From an uncultured Verrucomicrobiae bacterium (GTDB taxonomy: Bacteria > Verrucomicrobiota > Verrucomicrobiia > Chthoniobacterales > JAFAMB01), in NCBI GenBank assembly GCA_963775805.1, contig CAVZKG010000001.1:1030996-1094995 (forward strand): a stretch of DNA of 64,000 nt, written 5' to 3'. A program made the translations under genes and the position numbers. Position 1 is the stretch's first letter, and the number at the start of each line of letters is the position of its first letter. The notes beneath the pieces were generated by a model that did no database searches, was not told where the DNA came from, and saw only the letters and a program-made list of their open reading frames with translations. Shown here one piece after another: positions 57,830 to 64,000 of the stretch.

Positions 57830-60261
57830 GATTTTGTCTTGCAGTCCTGATCGCGCTTCCGATTGCGCTCCAATCGCTCCGGGCGGATTTGCTCGACGAC
57901 GCGCTCGCGGCGCATCAGACGGGAGTGCCCGAAGTCAGCATTATCAAACTGCGCCAATTTCTGGCGACGCAGCCACCGGAGCCGAGAGCTGAGACGGCAA
58001 AACTGCTACTCGCTCGATGTCTGCTCGAAACCCAAAACCCGACAGAGGCAGCGACGATTCTCAGCAGTACCCACGGACCGGAAGCGACCTTTCTGAAAGC
58101 GCAGGAAGCTTTTCGCTCCGGGCGATTTACAGAAGCCGGTTCTTATTTCGCAGACCTCATCGGAAAAGGGAGCCAATATGCACTAGAAGCCCGTTTAGGG
58201 CTTGCTGACACGGAAAGAGCGACTGGACGGCCCGATGCCGCTCTGCAGACTCTCGCTCCGTTGATTTCCGAATCAGGCGATCCGCGTGCGGCGTTGATGA
58301 CTGCTGAGATCCTCTTATCGGAATCGCAAATCTCGAAAGCTGAACAGCTGATCGCGAAGACTAAGACAAATTCTGAACGCACCGACATCGAAAAGCTTTG
58401 CCTCCAAGGCGAGCTCGCTTTGAAGCAAGGCCGGCTCTCGGAAGCGTCGCAGACCTTTCAGGCCGTGCTCGAAAAGCCAGAGGACCGGACCTACCGAGTG
58501 ATCGGGATTGCTCGGCTCGGACTCGCCAAGATTCTGGCTCTGAAACAGGAAATCGAAGAGGCCGAAAACGAACTGGAGAAATTGATTTCGGATCAGCCCA
58601 GAAGTGTGATTATCGGCGATATGTTCGAGAACCTTTTCGAAATCTATTCGCAAGAGGACAATCCCGAAACCTCCATGCTAACGCAATGGGCTGAGGAAGA
58701 TCCGCAAACGTCAGGGCCGGACCGCCCAGCATACGCACTGTACTACCTCCTGCGTCTTCACCTCCAGCAAGGGTTGGCGGCTGATGCGGCGCAGAACTAT
58801 CAAAAACTGCTCGATCGATTCCCTGGTCACCCTGTTACCGTCGATGCGTCGCTGATCCTGGGACGCCAGCAGATTGCCGCGGGCCACCCCGATGACGCAA
58901 TTAAGCAAATTCAAGCTCTACTGGCCCATTCGCCCAGATTTTCAACCGAGGACCGTTCCCGAATCGATTTTTTGCTCGGCGAAGCGAACTACATTCAAGG
59001 CGACATCACCGCTGCTCGAAATATCTTCGAGAAACTTGCTGCTCTGCCTGAAGGGGATCGTCAAAATACACTCTTCAATTGGGCGGTCTGCAGCCTTGAA
59101 ATTGGCGACACGGCTTCGTTCGAGCAAGCGTTGCAAAAGCTTGAAGAACTGAAACCGGACCAGGGCCTGATCGCCGATTTGTTCTTCGCCAAAGGGCTAA
59201 CGGAAGCAAAAATGGGGAACGCATCCGCAGACGATACTCTCCGAAAATATCTACTGAGATTCCCGAATCACGCAGACTCTTCCCAGGCGCGCCTGATTCA
59301 AGCCGAGGTTCGTATGACCGGGAAATCTCCGGACCCGCCCGGTGCGGAGCGCGCGTTGCGTGAGATTGCCAACACAGGGGACCAAGAGCTCAACGAGAAA
59401 GCGGATAGAGTTAAATTCTTTGTTGCGGCGGATGACCCTTCGCAAGATGTCAGTGCCGTCCAGGCGTTGGCGCAAGATTACCTTCAGAAGTATCCCGACT
59501 CCCCCGCGAAAGCCGAGGTGCGCTTGAAGCTGGGCGAACTCTATTTCAGAGAAAACGATTTCCCGAATGCTCAGACCCAATTTGAGCTCGTCAGAGAGGA
59601 TTCTCCCGATTCGCCCCTGGTCGAGACCGCTCTCTTCCTTGCCGGGGAAGCCGCGAGAAAGAGCATCAACTCTGCGTCCGTCGACCGCTCAATCTCGTTA
59701 TTTGAAGATGTCTACAAGCTCGGCGGCCCCCTCAAGTTCCAAGCCAGGCTGGAACAGGCGATAACGATGCGGCAAACGAAGCGGGACAGAGAAGCAATTG
59801 TGCTGTTCGATGACCTTCTCTCACAAAATCCGCCCAATGAGACGCGTTTCGAGGCTTTGGACCAAAAAGCGGAAGCCCTTTACACATTGGCAGCGGACGA
59901 TCCGAAACTCTACGGCCAGGCTATCAGCACCTTAGATACGCTTTTGAATAGCGAAGGATTAACGACTGCATGGAAGCAGCAGGCCCTTTATCAAAAAGGA
60001 AAATGCTTCGAAAAACTGGGCAAGCAGGATGATGCGCTGGTCCAGTACTACGATGTACTCGCCGTCGAAGGCGATGGAGCCGATCAACTCTGGTATTTTC
60101 GAGCAGGGTTCGATGCGGCACAAATTCTCGAAGACCGTCGTTCCTGGAGTTCGGCAGCGGCAATTTACCAAAAATTGGCAAACACCGGTGGCGCGCGTTC
60201 CTCGGAAGCGAAAGACCGGCTCACAAAGCTACGTTTGGAACATTTTTTGTGGCCGGGTTAG
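57826..60261 (+). CDS. Large secreted TPR-repeat protein
   Basis: 811 aa with a signal peptide and TPR-like repeats throughout. Its ATG overlaps the uvrA stop (ATGA). Confidence 0.7.
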   Translation: MRFCLAVLIALPIALQSLRADLLDDALAAHQTGVPEVSIIKLRQFLATQPPEPRAETAKLLLARCLLETQNPTEAATILSSTHGPEATFLKAQEAFRSGRFTEAGSYFADLIGKGSQYALEARLGLADTERATGRPDAALQTLAPLISESGDPRAALMTAEILLSESQISKAEQLIAKTKTNSERTDIEKLCLQGELALKQGRLSEASQTFQAVLEKPEDRTYRVIGIARLGLAKILALKQEIEEAENELEKLISDQPRSVIIGDMFENLFEIYSQEDNPETSMLTQWAEEDPQTSGPDRPAYALYYLLRLHLQQGLAADAAQNYQKLLDRFPGHPVTVDASLILGRQQIAAGHPDDAIKQIQALLAHSPRFSTEDRSRIDFLLGEANYIQGDITAARNIFEKLAALPEGDRQNTLFNWAVCSLEIGDTASFEQALQKLEELKPDQGLIADLFFAKGLTEAKMGNASADDTLRKYLLRFPNHADSSQARLIQAEVRMTGKSPDPPGAERALREIANTGDQELNEKADRVKFFVAADDPSQDVSAVQALAQDYLQKYPDSPAKAEVRLKLGELYFRENDFPNAQTQFELVREDSPDSPLVETALFLAGEAARKSINSASVDRSISLFEDVYKLGGPLKFQARLEQAITMRQTKRDREAIVLFDDLLSQNPPNETRFEALDQKAEALYTLAADDPKLYGQAISTLDTLLNSEGLTTAWKQQALYQKGKCFEKLGKQDDALVQYYDVLAVEGDGADQLWYFRAGFDAAQILEDRRSWSSAAAIYQKLANTGGARSSEAKDRLTKLRLEHFLWPG

Positions 60262-60319
60262 CCTGTATCGTTGACAACTCCGAAATTCCTCTGGGTTGTG
60301 AGCGACTCAAGGCCCAGTA

Positions 60320-60353
60320 GCGGAATTTTTCCCGATGCGCCTGAAAATTCCGC
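60320..60353. promoter_or_regulatory. Perfect 10-bp inverted repeat GCGGAATTTT-N14-AAAATTCCGC
   Basis: Seen directly in the sequence. It lies 59 nt after the TPR gene stop and 57 nt before the aminotransferase ATG. No U-tract follows. Confidence 0.35.
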
Positions 60354-60409
60354 TAGAGACTGATTTGATTTGAGTTTTCTGACGGCCTTCCGAGAGTTGA
60401 TCGTTACCG

Positions 60410-61489
60410 ATGACTACTAAAATTAAGCTTTTCATTCCCGGCCCGGTGGAGGTCTCGCAGAAGACATTGGCTGCAATGACCGGACCGATGATCGGGCACC
60501 GCGGTTCTGACTTTAAAGCTCTCTACCGCTCGGTTTTTCCTGGACTCCAGCAACTCTTTCAAACCAAGCAACCGGTCTTTATTTCGACGTCATCGGCATG
60601 GGGGATCATGGAAGGCGCAGTCCGCAACCTGGTGAAAAAGGGTGTCCTGAATTGCATGTGCGGCGCGTTCTCAGATAAATGGTTCGACGTCTCAAAACGA
60701 TGCGGGAAACATGCCGCACCCTTACAGGTGGAATGGGGTCAGCCCATTGATCCGGAGGCCGTCGATGCACAGCTTGCCACCGGACAATTCGATGCGGTGA
60801 CGTTGATCCATAACGAAACATCGACCGGCCTGGTGAACCCACTCAAAGAGATCAGCGATGTCGTTCGTAAATACCCCGATGTGATCTTTATCGTCGACAC
60901 GGTCTCATCGTTTTCGGCGCTACCGATTCCGATGGATGAACTTGGCATTGATCTCATGCTGACCGGCAGCCAGAAGGCGCTTGCACTCCCTCCGGGAATG
61001 TCGCTATTTGCGGCTTCCGACGCCGCCTTCGCTCGAGCTGCTCAGCTAAATGATCGCGGCTACTATTTTGACCTGCTGGAGTTTAAGAAAAATGCAGAGG
61101 ATTTCATGACGCCAAGCACTCCGACAATTCCGCACATTTACGCTTTGCGGTCCAAGCTTGAAGAGATTTTTGCCGAAGGGCTCGAAAATCGGTACCGGCG
61201 GCATGTCCAGACAAATCAAGTTGTCCATGATTGGGTAAACGCCAACGGATTCGAATTTTTCGCGAAAGAAGGGTACCGATCGGTCACGCTAACATGTGTC
61301 AAAAACAATCGAGACATCGATGTGGCGGCATTAGCAAAGCGGGTCCGGGAGGAGCACGCATTTCAAATCGACGGTGGCTACGGAAAAATTAAAGGTAAAT
61401 CGTTTCGTATCTCCAATATGGGAGATGAAACAGTCGAATCTTTGAAACCACTTCTTGATGCGCTGACGACTACCGTCTCTACACTGTGA
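60410..61489 (+). CDS. Class V aminotransferase (serine-pyruvate / alanine-glyoxylate aminotransferase family)
   Basis: 359 aa with a fold-type I class V pattern (NETSTG, DTVSS, the SQKAL PLP-lysine region, FRISNMG). Confidence 0.85.
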   Translation: MTTKIKLFIPGPVEVSQKTLAAMTGPMIGHRGSDFKALYRSVFPGLQQLFQTKQPVFISTSSAWGIMEGAVRNLVKKGVLNCMCGAFSDKWFDVSKRCGKHAAPLQVEWGQPIDPEAVDAQLATGQFDAVTLIHNETSTGLVNPLKEISDVVRKYPDVIFIVDTVSSFSALPIPMDELGIDLMLTGSQKALALPPGMSLFAASDAAFARAAQLNDRGYYFDLLEFKKNAEDFMTPSTPTIPHIYALRSKLEEIFAEGLENRYRRHVQTNQVVHDWVNANGFEFFAKEGYRSVTLTCVKNNRDIDVAALAKRVREEHAFQIDGGYGKIKGKSFRISNMGDETVESLKPLLDALTTTVSTL

Positions 61490-61589
61490 TCGAGCTTCCA
61501 CAGATCCGTCGTTACGGCCGATTGGATGACTCCACAGCAGAATTCATCGGCGGCTCAAACGCCGCTGCGAAGGAGGACTAGCGCGAGCG

Positions 61590-62303
61590 ATGGCCGGTGA
61601 ATCAGAAATGCACCGGCGGCTCAAGCAACAGATCTTTCTTTGGGCCTATGAACGGGGATACCGCTGCTCCGCGATGGAGGTGCGGGCGCCGCGTTCACGA
61701 TTTATTGTCGATCTTGCCGGGATCCGGTTCGACCGCATGGAAAGCCAACCAACGGTCGCTGTCTTCGAGTGTAAACAATCCAGGGAAGATCTGAAGCGCG
61801 ATAACCGGCGGACAGAAGTGCTCAAAGAAAAACTGGCCGCTTTACAGGAACGCCGGGAAACACTCGAGCGTCTTTTGGCAATTCATTACCCATCGCTCCG
61901 GACGACAGAGTGGCTATTCGCGGAATGGTCCACGTTCGATTTCGACAAAATCGATCACGCGGCCTATCGGCAAACAGTTCGGAAAATCGACTGCATTCAT
62001 CGCCAACTCTTCGATCACACGAAGTTCGACCAAATGAATCGATATAAACTGGCTGATCTTCACTACCTGGTGACAATCCCCGGATTGCTTTTGCCGAGCG
62101 AGGTTCCGCTTGGCTGGGGATTAATCGAGACCGATTGCAAGGGGGCGATCAGTGAAAAAGTGGCTCCGACTCGTTTCGAAAAAGTGAACGCCATGGAATG
62201 GCTCAAAAGAATCGCGGCAGCAGCAACCCGCCGGAACTTGAAAATGATCGCGGAGCAGGAAGAAGTAGAGAAAAGGTCTCCTGGGCAACTCTTTCACTCT
62301 TAG
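61590..62303 (+). CDS. PD-(D/E)xK nuclease-like protein (MmcB/DUF1052-like, weak)
   Basis: E..(24 aa)..VDLAG...(17 aa)..FECKQSREDLKRD fits a D-(x)n-E-x-K restriction-endonuclease-like core. The last ~15 codons run into repeat sequence (ggaagaagtagagaa). Confidence 0.45.
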   Translation: MAGESEMHRRLKQQIFLWAYERGYRCSAMEVRAPRSRFIVDLAGIRFDRMESQPTVAVFECKQSREDLKRDNRRTEVLKEKLAALQERRETLERLLAIHYPSLRTTEWLFAEWSTFDFDKIDHAAYRQTVRKIDCIHRQLFDHTKFDQMNRYKLADLHYLVTIPGLLLPSEVPLGWGLIETDCKGAISEKVAPTRFEKVNAMEWLKRIAAAATRRNLKMIAEQEEVEKRSPGQLFHS

Positions 62304-62412
62304 TTCTGCCTTTTACTCACGGCTTAGGCAACGTTGCCACTCCCTGGCAATCGCTCCGTAGTGCATCCCAATCCATACTTCTTCCTTCTTAATTCTTACT
62401 TCTGCCTTTTTA
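62256..62412. repeat. Second copy of the CTTCTTA/TTCTGCC arm family between convergent genes
   Basis: The left arm (caggaagaagtagagaaaagg) lies within the 3' end of the upstream ORF. The right arm (acttcttccttcttaattcttacttctgcc) abuts the GNAT stop codon. Confidence 0.6.
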
Positions 62413-62832
62413 CGCGATGCGCTTCACCAGGAAAAATCGTTTATGTCCCGGAGGGTAATCCGGGAGCACTCCGAACACTTCGAAGCCCAACTTTTTGTAA
62501 AACTCCGGTGCCTGAAAATCAAACGTATCTAGAAAGATTGCGTCGCAGTCTAATGCGCGCGCCTGCTTTTCCACTCGCTTCATGAGTTCCCGGCCAACTC
62601 CGACTTTACGGAAACGCTCATGGACAAAAAGGGTGCTAACAAAACAGTGATTCCAGTGTGTCGACCCTACCAACCCGCCCACAACGATCCCGGACCTGTC
62701 TTTCGCAAATAGCGCAAACCGTCTAACTCTTCGATCGCCGGCCTTAGACTCATTGAATTGGACGAGCGCGTCGCTCAATGACTGCGTTCTATCCGGTGCC
62801 GGCTCCATTTCAACCGTAAAAGTAAGGTTCAT
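62410..62832 (-). CDS. GNAT-family N-acetyltransferase
   Basis: 140 aa with motif A HERFRKVGVGRELMKRVE. Confidence 0.8.
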   Translation of the reverse strand: MNLTFTVEMEPAPDRTQSLSDALVQFNESKAGDRRVRRFALFAKDRSGIVVGGLVGSTHWNHCFVSTLFVHERFRKVGVGRELMKRVEKQARALDCDAIFLDTFDFQAPEFYKKLGFEVFGVLPDYPPGHKRFFLVKRIA

Positions 62833-62906
62833 CCTTTGTTACTAGCCTCTATTTTTGTACGACTCTTACTTGCGCTCGGCGAACCTTTTTGTTAACAGCG
62901 ATCTGG

Positions 62907-63412
62907 ATGAAGCAGCACATTGTGGTAGTCGGCGGATTTCTAATCTTTAGTCTCTTCGCGCCTCTGGGAAGTGGCCCGAAACGGAGCAGGAAGTCCATGC
63001 ATGGATCGAAGGAAACTGGAAATTCATTTCGACCTTTAGCGGAACGGTTACTCAGCCATTGGGTTTCAAAGTGGGCCTAACACCTCCAGTACAAGAGCGT
63101 GCCGGATCTGGATCAACTACCTCTCCTGAGCAATGGAGGCAAGAGACCAAGTACCTGTTGGCCGAGGCCCCTCTTCCTCCGTACCCGCGTGCCTACACAG
63201 AGGAAATTCGAAGTTTCGAAAACAGAAAACAATGCGAGGCCGGCGTTCTACTCGCTATGACTGCTCGAAACGGAGAAATAACTGATCTCCGTGTCCTGGA
63301 TTTAATGGGGCCGCCGATTTTGGCCAACTATCTCGTCGAGTGGGTTCGTCATAATTGGCGCTTCAGGCCTAACGTCACCGGGACGTTCAAATATCCCGTC
63401 TATTTTCGCTAA
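62907..63412 (+). pseudogene. TonB C-terminal-domain protein, apparently split by a frameshift
   Basis: ORF 62889..63080 encodes a TM anchor (MKQHIVVVGGFLIFSLF) plus linker. ORF 63059..63412 is in another frame and encodes a TonB_C-like domain (PPYPRAY...GEITDLRVLD...W.F.P). It may instead be a sequencing error or two separate small genes. Confidence 0.35.
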
Positions 63413-63473
63413 AAGCCACCGTCTATCGACGTCGGGTTGGCTGAACGGATGGGCCCACCAGGACCCGAAAAAT

Positions 63474-63510
63474 CCGGAACTTTGAACTCCGAACCTCGAA
63501 CTCCGAACCC
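63474..63510 (-). repeat. Heptamer-type low-complexity repeat (GGTTCGA family, inverted)
   Basis: The sequence is ccggaactttgaactccgaacctcgaactccgaaccc. Confidence 0.75.
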
Positions 63511-63533
63511 GCACCGTAGACCCAGTCTACCGT

Positions 63534-64000
63534 TCAATCCGTCACCGCCCCAACAGACGCTGAATTGACCTGCTTCGCGTACTTTGCCAAAACTCCTTTT
63601 GCATATTTAGGCTTCGGCTGTTTCCACTGTTTTAACCGTGCGGCGAGTTCGGTTTTGGAGATTTTTATATCGATCGTTTTCTTTTCGGCGTCGATCTCAA
63701 TCGGGTCCCCGTTCTTGATGATCGCGATCGGGCCGCCCACGAATGCCTCGGGGGCCACATGCCCAATAACAAAACCATGGCTACCGCCGGAGAATCTCCC
63801 ATCGGTGATAAACGCGACATCTTTGCCGAGGCCTTTGCCCATGATCGCAGAGGTGGGTGAGAGCATCTCGCGCATGCCCGGCCCCCCTTTTGGACCTTCG
63901 TAACGAACCACGATTACAGCCCCTTTTTTGATCTTGTCGTCCAGGATGGCACGGAGCGCCTTTTCTTCAGAATCAAATACGTGCGCCGTTCCTTCAAATC
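63534..64000 (-). CDS. ilvD: Dihydroxy-acid dehydratase, C-terminal part (gene continues beyond the window)
   Basis: IlvD C-terminal blocks are present ([34 protein letters not shown]). The reading frame is open to position 64000. Confidence 0.9.
   Translation of the reverse strand, partial: FEGTAHVFDSEEKALRAILDDKIKKGAVIVVRYEGPKGGPGMREMLSPTSAIMGKGLGKDVAFITDGRFSGGSHGFVIGHVAPEAFVGGPIAIIKNGDPIEIDAEKKTIDIKISKTELAARLKQWKQPKPKYAKGVLAKYAKQVNSASVGAVTD

Overview
This 64-kb chromosomal window has about 50 protein genes and one tRNA. I found no transposase, integrase, CRISPR array or recognisable defence system. The LexA-type operator and the repeat families suggest a Verrucomicrobiota-like bacterium; this is an inference, not a database result.

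The coding content is mostly housekeeping:
- Central metabolism and amino-acid genes: pckG, kbl-tdh, ruvC-lipB, a glycogen debranching enzyme, hisI-trpE-trpG, a CysK-like PLP enzyme, apbC, pyrR-pyrB-pyrC and a class V aminotransferase. ilvD is partial at the right edge.
- Respiration: one contiguous block at 25.0-35.1 kb. It holds caa3-type oxidase subunits II/I/III, an unknown membrane protein, a di-haem cytochrome c, a Rieske protein and a cytochrome b fused to cytochrome c. These are followed by a CtaG-polyferredoxin fusion and a FixH/YtkA-like protein.
- DNA damage: an imuA-imuB-dnaE2 mutagenesis cassette with a perfect TGTTC-N4-GAACA palindrome abutting the imuA ATG, and uvrA.
- Regulation: an orphan NtrC-type sigma-54 activator.

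The most unusual features are non-coding:
- A 1.9-kb composite satellite lies at 19.29-21.18 kb. It has about 11.6 copies of a 126-bp unit facing about 5.8 copies of a 70-71-bp unit on the opposite strand. Both units share a 38-nt CACAGAT-rich core, and the locus is bounded by ~40-bp inverted termini.
- Several dispersed intergenic repeat families occur across the window: a 180-350-bp element, a conserved hairpin ACCGCATCC-loop-GGTTGCGG, heptamer microsatellites, and elements with inverted low-complexity arms sitting between genes.

Other points are a GC-rich adenylate-kinase-like gene beside tRNA-Thr, a gene-decay zone at 3.1-4.9 kb, and a translationally coupled TPR-AAA+ / TPR-membrane gene pair.

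All functional calls come from motif recognition in the translated ORFs. No searches were run.
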